DNA of 64,000 bases from Klebsormidium nitens. Its lineage: Eukaryota; Plantae; Klebsormidiophyceae. This document shows positions 38,901 to 53,000 of this stretch, piece by piece. A program made the translations under genes and the position numbers. How positions within the stretch are numbered: the stretch's first letter is position 1; each line of letters opens with the position of its first letter. The DNA lies in assembly GCA_000708835.1 (NCBI GenBank), contig DF237343.1:19811-83810 (forward strand), written 5' to 3'. A model generated the notes under the pieces. That model did no database searches, was not told the DNA's origin, and saw only the letters and a program-made list of their open reading frames with translations.

Positions 38901-41900
38901 GCTGCATCAAATGCTCGCGCACTTCTGAAAACTTTCAGAATCTAGGAAGTCTGGTCTGAGCCACTTACTTTACCGCCAATTGCACGTGATTCCACACAGC
39001 GGAAGCAAACCGTTCCGGTTAAAGGGCAGATTTAACATTTGACGGGACGGCGTAGCAAGGTCTATCATAAGGAGCGGGATGATTGAAAGGCGGAAACACC
39101 GTTCAGCTTGGTGCACCCCTAATGTTACCCTCGACATCCGACAAGCTTTCAAAAAAGCTGGGGGCCTTCTATAATCAGAATCGGAACAGAGTGGCGTCTG
39201 ACGATAGTATTGGGTTTCAATGACACACCTTTGTTGTTGCTTCTTAGAAGGTCCACGAGCTCCTGAAAAGGAAAGAGAAAGTGGGGAGCTGAGACCCGGT
39301 AATGGGCGGCAGTAGAATCACAGGTTTCTTGGCCGTTGATGATTCCTTTATGGGCTGGTTGAAAAGTTGTTATGTATCCAATAATCAGACTTGGACAAAA
39401 ATGAGCCTTGGAGCAAGATTGACCATCGATCAATTGTCCAAGGATCTGGGAATTGAGCCTGGTAAACAGCCTGCTTAGCAGCCAAAACATCCTGTGATTC
39501 CTTGATAGTGCTGGGACTTATCGTGTAACGCCCGATTTTCCCCTCTCGCACCGAGGCGAATCAAGCCTCGTTTCACTTAGGTAGCCAGGATCGTAGTCTC
39601 GTCTTATCCGCTTCGCTCGACATAAAGTTGATTTTACCACCAACAGATGTCGCCCTCAACACCTGGCTGGATCTAGAAGTAAGCTTACGCGCGAAATACA
39701 TCCAGGAGGTCACTGGCCTTGAACGCACCTCTTCTTAACTGCGATACTGGCTAATCTGCTTCCTGTTTCACACTTTTCTCGTCTCTCTCTCGAACAGAAT
39801 CTTCCTCACCTCCCTTTCTTGCGCGCTGAGCTTTGCGCTCTCCTCCACAATCCTCCGCTTCAGCCTCGCCACGTCTTCCCGTGGAGGCCCCTCCAGCGTC
39901 CGTTTCTGGACACGTGGCCTCATCTCCGAGAATTCCGTAGGAACCCTCTCCTCGACCTTTGGACTCGACTTGGTCGCTGGTTCGACCACATCCGGCTTCT
40001 GCTTCTTGGCATCACCATGGCCTTCGTTTCCCTTGGCGCTAAGTTCTCTCATAACCTGCTGGTTGATGCAAGTCGCGGAAGTATGCTCATGCGATCTTCG
40101 TGCCGCTCCAGTCTTGAAGCGCGACTCACAGTACGCGCACTTATAAGGTCGCTCCTTTTCTTGGTCGCCCCCTGCCTCGCCGCCGTCAGTGGCCCTCTTC
40201 CGCGACGCCTCCGCCTCGGCGGCCTTGCTGACGTCATCGCTTGGCCTCTTTCTAGACGCTTCCGCATCGGCGGCCTTGCTGACGTTATCGCTTGGGCCCT
40301 TGGCGCTTGGAACTCCTGTGCCGCTCTCCGGCCCCCTCTCAGTCGCACCATTGTTGCGGCCAGAACCCGTCTTTTCCGAATGAAGCTGCTCCCGGACAGT
40401 TTCTTTCCTCTCCCGGCCAGCCTCTTGTCGGCTGCTGAGACCAGCATTCTCGTCAACCGAAGCCGTTCCGCGACTGGGTTTCAACCCTTCCCTCTCAGAA
40501 GATGTCTCAAATCCCGGACGCTTCGCGGCCTGTTCCACACCGTCCGGTGTCGGGCGCTTCTCGGACGTACCTCCCTTCTCCTTCAGACCGTTTGACGCTA
40601 ACCTGTCCACGCTTTCGGGAGCGTTAGGTCTCCGGACACTCCCCTTCAAGCCTCCCACAGCTCTCATCCCTCTGTCGTCCATTTTCGCCACGCGCGCGGC
40701 AATACGGTGCTTTCGCTGCGTCAGCGTTTCTCGCTCCGGCCTTTCCGTTGGTTGAACGTGGTCTTTTCCTCTTCCTTCCCCATCTGGAGTCCTCACATTA
40801 GGCAACCTCTCGGTTCCACTTCCGGTTTTTAATCTCTCCCCAGCGTTGGTCTTGCTTCCACCTTCTCCACTTGCACCAATGCCACGTCCCTTCAGACTCT
40901 CCTGGCCCCCGTCTTTTTCTGTCCCCTTTCCTCTCTCAGTCCCTGCATCTTTCTGCCTTTCCAACTCTTCCCCTCGCTTCCCAGTCTCATTTGTTCGAAC
41001 TTTCGGCTCAACAACCCCCGCTGCCTCGCTCCGCATCTTCTCGATCCGCAGCCTCGGAGCCTCTTCAGCCTCCCCTTTCAGCGCCGCTTTTAACGCTTCT
41101 TCTGTCAGCTTTCCCCGCACAGCCTCCCCTTTCAGCGCTGCTCTCAACACTTCTTCTGTCAGCTTCCCTCTCGCAGCCTCCCCATTCTCCATCTTTGGGG
41201 TGCTGGCACCCATTTTCACGCTTCCGCACCCGTCGGCTGTTTGGTGATCCCCCTCGGGTGGCTCATGCAGCGACCCAGCGTTCCCGTCATTACTATCTCG
41301 TTCCGTCCCCTCTTCATTCCGCCTCGCGTTTTTCCGTTCCGCCGCCTCGGGCACGCCGTCTGTTTCTCTTCGAAGCCCGTCCCGTTCCGTCCAGTCCCCG
41401 TCCGCCTTCGTTCGCTCGTCCCTCCTTTCGGGCCGATTTCCGTCCAGCTCCGTCCGCATGCCGTTCCGCTCCGTCCGACTTCCGCCCGCCACTGCCCCGG
41501 TTCCTTCCGACCCCGCCCGCATGCCGTTCCGCTCCAACCGGATTCCGTCCGCTCTCAACGGCACTTCGCTCCTTTCCGTCCGGATCCCATCCGCACCCGT
41601 GCGTACGTCTCTTTGTTCGGTACGGGCCCCGTTTCCTTCGGCTCGGAGACGGTTCCGTTCTAATTGCTGCCTCTTCCGCTCCCGCTCGTCGAGGCCCAAC
41701 GTCGCTCCTGCCACCCGCTTCAGGTTCTCCTTTCCGGCCAGAGCTTGCCTATCGAATGCAGACGCCGGCTTCGGCACTGACGTCACTTTGTCCTTCCTTG
41801 TGACGTCAGCGTTGGGTCCGGTGCCAGCTCTGGCCGCGATAGGCGCCTTGGCGGGCCTGCGAGGCGGTAACGAAACCAAGTCAGGTCCGACAAGTTCGTA

Positions 41901-44900
41901 CAGAAATAAATCTTGCGTCCGGTCGTTTCCCCTGCAGGCACGCATTATTGACAGATAGCAAGGGAAGGAAATTGGCTGTCAGCGAGTTGCAACAAAACTC
42001 AGGTCATATAGAACATCAGCAGAGAACCGTAAAGAACCACCACTTTGGCTTTCTTTGTTGAACAGAAATTAGCGGGCACCTGATTCTGCTTACACTTTCA
42101 AACAACAGGCAGAAAAGATGCGGACTCACCCAGGTCTGATCGCACCGTTGGTCATGTGCTTGCTCGGCGCTTTATTACGATCTGCATCACAAAGTGTATC
42201 GTGATTGGTAAGGCTTCAAAAAAGGTCTTTTGAAACCTCTTACAGGAACGTTCGAGTCCTTGAAGCCTTTCGTCAGCTTCCTTGGACGTGCTGAACGCTT
42301 CTTATAGTTGCACCGACCAGACTCGCACCACGGCCCGGCTCCTTTCTTCTCGCTTCAGGTCCTTTACGTGCGGAAGATCAGCGGGGAAGCGGAATATTTG
42401 ATTCAGGCCCCGACTAAGCAGAGAATAGGAACTCCATTAGGACTTCCCGCTGTAGATCTCGATTCTTCAACCCTTCCCGAAAGTACCGACTGAGATCTCG
42501 ACAAAGGAGTGTAGCTCAGCAGACGCATGTCCAGAACCCTGAGACTCTCACAACGATTGATACAAGGGGAGTGATTGGGCGGTCACCTTTATCTGCCTTC
42601 TTCTCCTGTTGCCGCTGAATCGATGCCGCGACGGCCAGGGCTTGCCGGCTTCCTTGGGAGTTGGACCGCTTCCGTTGCTCCTGCCTGCAGCACAGCGATG
42701 CATGGGCGCTAAACAATTGAGGGACTTCGTTGGGTTTCTGAGACTCGTACAGTTTGGCGTTTGCAGCTCATCACGATTTTCGCAACTGTGAGACCTTGTA
42801 ACTGCGGAGGAGTTGCGAAACCAGGAATCTTGGGTTTGCCATTTCAAAAGCAGAAGAGTCGACAACTGATACCTGTTTCTGTGAGACGACCCAAAATTCG
42901 GAGGTCAAACGAGTCCCCGCTTTGATGCGGAAAGCGTTTCATAGGCGCAAAACAAGTGTGATGAGGAAAAAGAGCAAAAATGCGCAGCTGGGAAACAACT
43001 CCCTAGCAGTCAGTACGCTAATTAAGACAGGCAAAAGGCGACCCCGCGGACGCTCTCCAAAGCGCTGGCCAAATCGGTTGCGTGCTCACACTTCAAGCGA
43101 TTGGTGCAGCTTCTTCCTGGTAACGCACCTGGCAAACAAGACCTTCCCCGAATAGAATTCAAATTTGGAAGACTTGCAAAACAGGCATTCTTGCGCTCAC
43201 TCGGCCTGCTCCTGTAGCTGGCCCGGCTTCACGACGTTGACTGCGCCTGACTTGCCGACACGTGGCAGCGGCGCTGGGGGCGCGCTGACGAACACGTTGT
43301 TCATCACCCGGCCGTGAGGCTCCCGGCTCAGCTTTCTGCAGCTCAAGGAGAGAGTGACGTCAGTCTTCCAGGGTCAGATCGGGGGTGGCGGCTGACGTCA
43401 TCTTTTGATTTGACAGAACAATTATCCACCTCCTATGCTCGCGGGAGGGCTTCCCTGATGTCCTGCGGTGATTAACTGGATATGCGCACCGGGGTTTGAA
43501 TCAGGTGGTAGTCAACGCCTGGACATAGGACATTTTAGCTCCATGGAGCAAGAATGTTCGTGTCTGTTACAGCAGGGGCACCTTCTGCAGCATACAGTAC
43601 GCGACAGTGGAAGGCAAAAAAAGCAGAAAGACTTGAGAGACGGCTACGCAAATCAATGGAGTTGAACGGTTGAAAAGTGTCTGAGAAGAGGAACCAGAGC
43701 GAAGCGCTCACCCCTTCCCAAGGTCCATACGGTGCCCTTTCTCCTGCGCCTTCTGGAGCTTCTGCAGCTTCTGATACGCACCCTGCGATCGAATGAAGGC
43801 GCTTTGAAGGTAAGTTTTGAGTCTATTCCTTCGACGGAGCCCAAGAGCGAATCGTTAGCGGCTTCTTGCAGCCTGCAAAAGATGTTGCAGAACGCTACAG
43901 ATCCTCAAAGCACTTCATGGCCACTCTGAAGTCAAGAATATCAAGACCTTCTGACTTCTGGTGGTTAACATATTCTTGGGGTGGCAGATGGGCACCACTC
44001 GAATCTTCGAATTTGGAAAGCGACGTTCTGTTGACGGGAGTATCCAAGGCGTCCCTCCTTTTGCAAGAGCAGAGGGCGGCTGGCATTTGTTCAAGTTATG
44101 AAGAAGGCGAACTGAGCTTACCGCCGCATGGTACTGGCAGTATTCGCCCTCAGACCTGCACGGAAACTGTGCCTTCAATTACTCGCAGGACTCTCTTTTA
44201 TCTTCGAATCAGACGGGAAAAAACGAGTCCGAGGACTGCAGCCGACCATATCTCGTTCGAAGGCGGCAGCTGTTGACGTGCTCAGGGCATCAGGCAATCT
44301 GTATCTTCGCCCTTGAAACTTCCAACATGAACGCCGTAAAGAACGTTGAGCAACATGGCCTCGAATTGACGTAACTAGTAGGCTCGACTTCAAGGGCGCG
44401 TGCCGAGAAACAGGCACTGAGATCGACGGTAAAATGCGTTCTGTGCCGAACAACCAGGATTGGGATGTTGACAAAGCGGAAGACGAAAACGACACGCTTA
44501 GGAACAAGAAGGAAGAACGAAGCAGAAAATGATTCGCACTGAACGGTCTTCGAGCGGCGACGGAAGCGCCAGGCTGAGTAAAAAGCAGAAAATAGCGGGC
44601 GGATAACGCACTTGTTGATGGGCATGGTACAGGGCATGCCGTCCTTGCGCGTTCCTCGGCAGAGCCCCAAATCTGCGGACGTCCCCAGCTTGAACACCTG
44701 CTGTCCGTTCTCCGCGCTCAGGCAAAAGGGCGCCGACGAGCGGGCACCCCCCTTTTCCTGCACGTCGGCAAGGCTCATGGGATTTGTAGGGATTTACGAA
44801 AGGGAGAAAGAGAGCGTGTTGGAGTGACTGAACCTGCAGTTGTGCTCGTTGTTTTTGTTGTAGCGTTCTCAAGTCCTCCTTGACCTGTGAGAGTGGACCA

Positions 44901-47778
44901 AGTCGAGAAGATAAGAAACTTTGGACAGCTCCTCGTCAGGCTTTTAGACACCCTGCTTAGCGCAAAGTGTCCCGTATTCGGAAGATTTGCTGTCCTGCGG
45001 GTCTTCGTCAGGTTCCTCTCGGCTCTTTCGCTCCTCAGGGAGGCGCCTGAGGATCTGACCAACTTTTAGTTTCTTGGAAGATTCTAGACGCTCTTGGAGC
45101 TAAATACTTATGCATGTTGCGTACGTCTTGGATCTCATTGAGTATCAAGGCTTTCTTGGACCCTTTACGCCTGTTGGAGATACGATCACGGGAACAGGTC
45201 TTAGCACCCGGGGTACAACTTGACGACGATATGAGATCCGCAGCAACATTACCTCACCTCGGGCTGAGAGTAAGAATGTGTATGCGTCTTCGGTCAAGCA
45301 AAAAACGTTTGCATGGGAATTCAAACTCGACCTGATAGATCCAAGCCGTAAATTTCGTCTTGCGCTCCCACAGCGAAGATGCAAATCGTCGCGTAACGCA
45401 CCTCCTTGTACTTGGCGTTCAAAAGGCCTACGACGCTCCCCTCGGACTCCTTCCAATGCGCCTCAAACGCGTCTCCGAACAGGAACAGCGAGCACGTGAA
45501 TCCGGCAAGGTCGGTGACTTTCCACAAGCCGTACTTGCGCCCGGACGCACTCTCCCGGGGGGTCATCTTCTCTGAGAGCACTGCCGCGGTCGCCCAGGGG
45601 CTGGCCGGCGTGCCCCCCTGAAAAGCAGAGCTGCAAGAAATCGTGCAAATGAGAGTCAGTGAGGGGAGGGTTCGAAGGTTCGAAGAACTGTGAGGTATTA
45701 TTGGATGGCAAGGACGGAAGTTGGCAGGATTTGCAAGTGGTGTCCAAGAAGGACAGCTGTTGGAAGGGGTGGCGTTCCAACAGGTTGTCTCGACTGCTCT
45801 TGAGCCTTTCAAAAGCACGAGCGTCGGAATCCAGCTCCTGTAAAGCCTGTCTTTCTTCACCAGAATATGCTTTTGAAGCCTTCCAAGCTGTAGTTTCATA
45901 CTGGCTGGTTTGACTCTGTTATAAACTTCACCTCAAGGCTTTTACAAAACGTTTGAAGCTGACACTCTTGTGTCAACTCATTAAGACCCAACCATCAAAA
46001 GCCCTGGTTGGGATTTCTTGCCGAAAACTGACCTGATTTTGGAAAGGCGTAAGAAGCGGCTCCCTGCAAACCTCTCCTTCACAACGATGCTAGGAAGCAA
46101 CGGGTTTCTGCAGCAACCACCTCAGCGTCAGAAGGAACTTGTGTCCACCTGGACGTGCCCCTCTCAAAGCAGAGATAATAACTTTGAACTTGTGATTGAA
46201 AAAACTTCGTTTAAGAAGGAATCGTTGAGTCCAGGTTACGGGTGTCTCAGCTGGGCCGCAGGCGGCACAGATTGACGTTGTTTGTGTGGCCGAAAATGAG
46301 AGACTTCACTTCATTGGACATGTGTTGACATCAACCTACTGGAAGAGGCCAAGTGAACCATCCTTTAGAATTGCTAGAAGGAGGGAAAGCTCCCCCATGT
46401 CTTTCTCTGATTGTGAATATTGCTACCCTTGTGCTCAAAGGAGTTGGTACATACACATCTCGGTTCAAGCATAGCACATGATGAGAAACCTCCCTGGCCG
46501 GTTGATATCTGACTGGCGCGCAGAATTCAATTCCTCACAAACCTCAACTTTGCATATGCATCACCTCAGAGCCTACTCACTTGATCTTGAGCCCAGAGTG
46601 CGGCTCGACATTGTCCCCCTTTCCTGGAATCTGACGCGGTTTCCCTTTAGGCGCCTCTCTGGCCGGTGCGGCAGTCTTCTGCACCTTGGCCTTGGCTTTC
46701 TCTTCAGTGCCCGCCCTCGCTGTGCCAAAAGCGGCAGACAGCGAGACTCTGCTCCTGGGGCCTAAGGTCTTGTCCACCTCTGCGAGAGGGAACAATCAAA
46801 GAGATGAGCCAGCTTTGAGGTCTTCACTGGCTGAAGCTGAAGTCCAATTCTGTGTTGATTTTGCTATGGTTGGCATCCGACGCCCTGCTTATTCAAAAGC
46901 AGTATAGTATGTTTACTTCTGGGTGAGAGATCTGAGCACAAGAGATTGCAGATATACAATTACTTTTCATCCACCATTACTCATGGCTAGCCTTGTAATT
47001 GCAGTGTTGCCAGTGTAATTTCCGATCTGAAGAGGAGCGTCTCGCTTCCGCTGTTGTAGGAATGAGATTCAAGAAGTCCAAAACAACCCGACCCAACCCA
47101 GCTAGTTTCTCAAGCAACATGCCCACCTGGTGAGTGGTATGCTCTCGCTGACGTTCCTCCTGCAGGACCGGGGGGGCTTCCAGCTGCCTCCACTTCAAAT
47201 GCACTGGTCTGAGCGTTTCCTGACGTCATAGAATGTGGTGTGTTAAATATTGAATGAGCTGGGAGGTAACTGATAAGGACGGTATAGGATACGAAATCAT
47301 CTTATGTGTGTATCATGGAACCACTGCACAGTACTCAGTCAGATTGGAACGTGCCCTTAAACACATCCGGAAGGCAAGGGGAGTTGTTCTCAGTCTCCTT
47401 GGACTCACTTGCAATAACTTTCACACTTATGGTTGGAGGAAGGAAATGCATATGTGCATGTGATTCATGCACCTGCTATGATTGCAGAACTTTGATAAGG
47501 ATTCCAATTCGGTCTGTGACATACCATTTCCTATCCTTGTACTAGAATGGTGTCCGACCAGAAGTAGACATTGTTGTTAAGCAAAAAGCTTCCCCATGCG
47601 ATTCAGGGTGCTTCTCAAAAACTTGGGTGATGCTTCCACCCGAAGGGACATTACAGTAACCTTTGTGAGAGCAGGCAGTTGTACTTTGATGTCAAATTGC
47701 AATCTGCTATGGTTCCCTACCTAGTTCCGCATCGTCTGGCTGCAGCGCCAGCAAAAGATCAGTATCATCGTCCTCCAT
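35945..47778 (-). CDS. MCM10: DNA replication factor MCM10, 18-19 exons, about 1,301-1,315 aa
   Basis: Start MEDDDTDLLLAL. The internal domain includes VEPHSGLKIK, OB-fold WATAAVL...KYGLWKVTDL...LFLFGDA and zinc finger CRGTRKDGMPC...EYCQYH. The C-terminal zinc domain is CDQ|CRR...C..EHH...KRFWACAVC...HCRKC, with tail ARGKEHAF. Exons: 47778-47721, 47159-47127, 46779-46581, 46107-46033, 45630-45402, 44757-44612, 44155-44122, 43782-43712, 43335-43201, 42684-42587, 42181-42130, 41931-39810, 39262-39229, 38761-38690, 38154-38009, 37559-37446, 37064-36864, (36521-36480), 36031-35945; all phase-consistent. Confidence 0.93.
40196..41660 (-). repeat. Coding tandem repeats inside the large MCM10 exon: 51-nt x2 (about 40196-40297), 54-nt x2 (about 41071-41181) and degenerate 7/14-aa GxRxERxG units (about 41330-41660)
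   Basis: PSDNVSKAADAEASRKR/PSDDVSKAAEAEASRKR; EAARGKLTEEVLRAALKG/EAVRGKLTEEALKAALKG; repeated DGIRTER/DGIRLER/GGSRTER/DGNRPER. Confidence 0.9.
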
Positions 47779-48400
47779 TGCTCCACAATTTTCTCACCCC
47801 ACCCCTGGTTTTCAGCTATTGCAGGGTCCTGCCTTGATGGTTGTAAATGCAGCAATCCAAGGGCAAGGAGCACGCCAATTCCCTCTGTTCTCTGTTCTCC
47901 AGCTTAACACATCAAAGACGAAACCTCGAGGTCTTAGGACGCCAGTGGGACGTTGGAAAGTTTTGACCTGTGTGGTCAATGCATACTGCTGATTGCAGAA
48001 TCTTGTGAAAGCTTGACGCCGGCTTATCAGCTTATGAAGTGAGGCTGACTTGGAGTTTAGAAAGCACTACCCTTCTGCCCTTCAGCAAACACGAGGGATA
48101 TGGGAGACAGTAACTGTGGCTCAGACTCGTACTTCTGACAAGGCGTTGCTGCAACCACTGACTGGTAGGATTTTGCCAAGCTTTCCTCCTGCTTCCTACT
48201 TCCTCCAGACCGCCCTGTATATGGGCGGTACTCTGTGGAGCACGGCCTTCTCACATGGTATTCAAAGGGCACCACGCAGCCCTGAATGCTTCCCAAGTTC
48301 CCGCATGCCCTCTTTGCGGGCGCCTCTCGTCTTGTCTCAGCACCACCACCATTGCATGAAGCATTCAATATACCGTATTCAAGTATTATAATTTGAACGA

Positions 48401-48412
48401 TTTGGCGCGAAA
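48401..48412 (-). promoter_or_regulatory. Double (overlapping) E2F binding site upstream of MCM10
   Basis: TTTGGCGCGAAA on +, TTTCGCGCCAAA on -. It matches TTTSSCGC on both strands, lies about 620 bp upstream of the MCM10 ATG, and has a TATAAT about 10 nt downstream on the gene strand. Confidence 0.75.
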
Positions 48413-50013
48413 TAGCCGCGTCGCGGCAAGCGGCCGCGCCTTGGGCTTGGGCGGGCACGCGCGCGCTGAGGGGGATCAGTGATCGGGAACCGTCCGATCT
48501 GTCAACCGTCGGTGACACGGGACAGGGAAGCTGCCAGGCCTTCGTTAACATCAAGACTTCAACGAAGGTCCGAATTCGGTGTTTTGCGTCAGGCGTACCT
48601 TGCCGCTTTAATATGAGGCATACAGTCTGGTAGAAATACTTGATTGATAACATCTACAAGGCAGGCTCAGAATCTCCTTGCGGAGGGAATGGACATCAGC
48701 AGGTTCATGAAGGCACGAGAGGTTGTACTGGTCGACAATGATATGTAATGAGTCAGCAAGTGCTCTACTTCAAGAGGGATCGAAGGGTATGGGCAGTGCG
48801 TATTCTAAGAGCAGCTTGTTCGCTGGCATGTCTTCAGACCTAGTAGTAAAGGTTCTGCTTCCAAGTGCATCATGCATTTCAGATTGCCCCACCAGACCAC
48901 CATCACATCAGTTTTCGAATCAGAAGAAATGAAGTACTCCTGCATGGGGGCCAGCGTGCTCGACGAATCGCAGCTCCAACTCCAATTGCTCGTTTACAAC
49001 GAGACACGTCAATGATAAACGGCACTACTTGAAATATATTTCAGAAATATATGTACACCAGTACTTGATATACGGTATATATATTGTCGTGCAGGCTGCG
49101 TTTAATAGGGGGCCGCAAAACTTGGTAGACTAGTCCATACGGCCGGTGCAGAGCAGAAATCACTTCGATGACTTCAAAATGCACACAATCAAACTCTTAA
49201 AGTTGACTGCAAGGACCTCGAGTAACTTGTTTTCTTCTGTACGTTCTGAAAGCACGTGGTGCATCATTGACAGCTCTGTTCTTGAGGCTCTCTTCCTCCA
49301 AGCAGCCACTACAACTTACAAAGCTCATTCAGCGGGTTCACGATCAGTCACGCATGGACTCAGCTGCAGTGTACTTAACAGTCCCCAATTTCAGTGTGGG
49401 CCGGGTAAGTTTACGGTACTTACGGTGCCAGCCGCTTTGACCTCGGAGTAAATAAAGAGCTCCGAAATTAAACGGACTTCAATCTATAGTCCAAAAGGCT
49501 CTGAACAGAATCAGTACGTGCACTAGTTCGCCATTGGGCATATCATGGTAGCCGGCCGCGGTGGCATTGATTGGTGCATAGCTCAAGCCTTGAAGCGCGC
49601 GCAGACGCAAGCATAGAATTATGCGTAAGGGGACCCGGCATGCATACCATTGAACACGTACAGCTAGTGCACGGATGGTAAATCACTGAGAAGGCTTGTT
49701 TGCAAACAGTAATACTACTGAGCGGATTGAAAGCACAAATGATATACACTGACGGTGTATTCTATGGTGCATGAGCGCCATTTTTGGCCTGGTGCCAATT
49801 TCGCGAGCACCATGATGCGCTATATCATTCGTAAGCTGAATTTCTCTCCTTTTTGCATGTTCTGCTCCGAGCTGACTGACCATTATCAGGAAGTTGTGTG
49901 TGCAAGTAGTTTACATTCTTTTCTATCAACGACCTGTGACCGAGGTTTACAGCTATACTCCTACAGATCCCAACCACTCTCCCCGTATCATAAAGAAGCA
50001 CCCATCCGAAGCC

Positions 50014-53000
50014 TTACATAGGTGGAGGAGGCGCTTGCTTTGGTCTTAGAACCCGGTGTATGTACTCCCTGATTTCCGGCACCATCCGTTGGATCATCGA
50101 TGTGTAACTGCAATCATTTATAATCAACTATCAATTATCAGCCAAGTTGCAATGGTTCACAAGTGTGTTATCCAGAATTCGCACGTGGGTGAGGCCTTGC
50201 CACAAAGTTCGAAACGCTGACTATGCGCATAATTGAGCCCTGCTGCACAAAAAGTCTCCTGACGCCGATACCACCAGACATGCGAGTGTTGGCAGCTTTC
50301 CTCTCCGCCTCACACCTCATGAAGATCCTGTGACCTGAAGAGTTGCCGTTCGGTCCAGCAGACGGGCAACTGCTTTGGCGTCCACCTTATCCTAAGAAGT
50401 TGCTTCAGGAGCTGGCTTCAATCAGGCCGGAAAGAGAGTCTGAAAAAGCTTGCTTACATGGGCAAAGCTGACGTCTGCTCGTGGTGCTCCAGCGTGAAGA
50501 TGACACATTGATGCCGGAGAGTGGATGCATGGTAAGCTTCGGCCAACTCGTACACGTCCGACACGCAATCCACCGCCAGGTCCTTCGCTATGGCGTATTC
50601 ACACTGCCGCTTGAGGCCTTCTAGCAGGTACTGGTCCGCAGCTCGGAGCAGGTCTTGGGCGATGTCGGGAGTTACGTCTACTGTGCCGGTGTAAATATGC
50701 CTGGAGGACCCATACCGAAAATCAATCAGTGTACATTCAGGGGCCGAGCGCTCGGTTGATTGCAATGAGCCGAGGGTGGAAACCAGAAGCAAAACGGGCC
50801 CGACAAAGTGGGGCATACCGTGAAACTTAAAGATGCACCTCGATCTGAGTTAGTCCGTTCAGAATTCTGAGATCCTATGCAGGGTTCCTAGAGAGAAGGA
50901 CACCAGTCGGAAAAAGCTACAGACATGGAAGGAATCAGTTGGTCAGTCTAACCTGAACTAGGCTCTGATCTTTCCAAACTGTACTCTGACCCATCTCAAG
51001 TCCGCTCCAGAGTTACTCGAATATGCGTTTCCAGATACGTTTGTTGGATACTGTAGGTCCCAAGTAGTCCCACATCCATGATACGTAAGAACCCCCTTCT
51101 CATACACGAAAGAAAAGGTGAAACGCACCTCATCATGGCCTCAAACACTCTCCAACTGATATTCGGTATCTCGATGTCTTCTGCTTGCTTCTCCTGCAGA
51201 GGACAACGAATCCCGGTCAATCGTGCTTCTCGGCTGCATAAGCGGAGCACTTAAGATAGCCAGTACGAAAGCTGGAAAAGGCCGGGTCGCTGTATGCGAC
51301 AAGTACCGAATCTTGAGACAAACTGAAACATCTTGGGTCGTCGCTTTCAAGCCAACCAGTGAGCTGCGGCTAAAGACACGGTGGGCCGCCCTGCAAGTAA
51401 ATCCATAAAAGTACTTGCTCAGACGTTGCCAATCGCGAAGTCGGAAGCGCAAAATCGACAGCAATACTCACCCGATAACCACCATCGAACATGGCTCTGA
51501 ACGCATCAGAAGAGGCCAGCAGAGCAATGCGGTGCGCGTAGAAGCGCTGGCCATCGACCACGAAAGATACGTCCGACAGCGTTCGACAGTTGACGTACTG
51601 CTCCCCAAGATACACCTGCACGACGAAACGTAAGTAAGTCTTAGGCTTGTTATTGTTCTTTCATCCTAGCAGTCAAAATCTATTGCGCCAGGGCACTTCT
51701 TTCGACAGTTCCTCACCCTACTTTGCATGGAAGCGCGGACAATAGCCTGGCATGGCAAGAGGACTGCGACGGGCGCACCAGACGCGAACACGGCTTTCTG
51801 CAGCCGTTTCACAACTAAAGAAGATGTGAGACAACCCTACAGCACTTGCACTCGCTAGAAACCTGGGTACAAAGTGGACCAACGTTCGCCACTCATGCTC
51901 CCACCATAGCTTCGCCTAAAGGCACGATCATTCAGACAGAGTCGGAAAGGAAACCAGGAAACAAGAAAGAGTAGTGCATCCCTCCGGCTTCGTACAGCGA
52001 GCCCAACCAGAACCAAAATCCTGGACACGAACCAGAGCGAATATCGGCTTCCGGAAATGAAAGCAAGCAAAACACCAGATTCGGCCTCCAATTGGAAACA
52101 GCAACCACTGATAAGCGCAGCGGCGCACCTGTGGCGTGGGCGGCGGCGGGGCGTTCTCGACGGGCGACAGCGCGGCCGCCTTCTTTGCGAGCGTGTAGAC
52201 CGCGAGCGCGCCCTCCTGCTGCAGCTTGGGCGTCATGGTGGAGCCCATCATGTCCAGCAGCACCTCCAGGCCGCCGCCGTCGCAGAAGATCAGCCGCTGG
52301 TCGTCCTCCCCCGAGAGGTGCGCCTGGAGCAGATTGCACAAAAATCTCAAACTTCGACACCTTATCACTTTACGGGAACATCCGACCGTCTCAGATGCTT
52401 TGAAACTTGCCCTCTTCAGGAGCGCGTGCCGAGATGTTCAAAAGCGTGTTTGTTTAGCTCGTGCAGAAGCGCTTCTTGCGCACATGTTCAGAATCGCTAC
52501 TTGGCAGGATGTTTCAGAAGCATTTATTGTTTGGAGCGTTGAAAGCTCCTTCGACCTTGAACGAGGGGCAACAACGGGGTGATGTCACGACGCCCTAAGA
52601 TAAAACGAGGCATCCATGTTGAGCGCCTTTGACATAATGTACGGCGATCCAAGAAGAAAAGAGTTGGCTACAGTTTACCAGCGCGATGGCGACCCGCCGC
52701 TGTGTCTCCTTGTCCGTGCTGCGCAGCAGGTACAGCAGGTGTCGTAGCACCCGCCCCGAGATCTTCTCCTCCAGCCGCTTCAGCGTCTTTTGAACACAAT
52801 CCTTGGACGCCTGCGAGTGCCAGGCGGATTGTTTGATAAAATAAACAGAGCTGGTATGTGCCATATAGCAAACGAGAGACATAAGAGATTTATGATGTTG
52901 AATTGTACACGAAATGGTCCAGACCGAGTAGCTCATGGGATACGAAGTTGGGTGGGCTTTCTGTGATGCTGATCAAGGGACGAAGTAGAAGGTGCTGTAA

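Noticed and set aside
39768-41945. 725-aa ORF as an independent gene or TE ORF
   Set aside because: It has an in-frame acceptor and donor linking it to MCM10 exons on both sides, and the ORF-track start is intronic.
48057-48653. 198-aa minus-strand ORF
   Set aside because: It crosses the E2F/TATA promoter region of MCM10 and has no protein motif.
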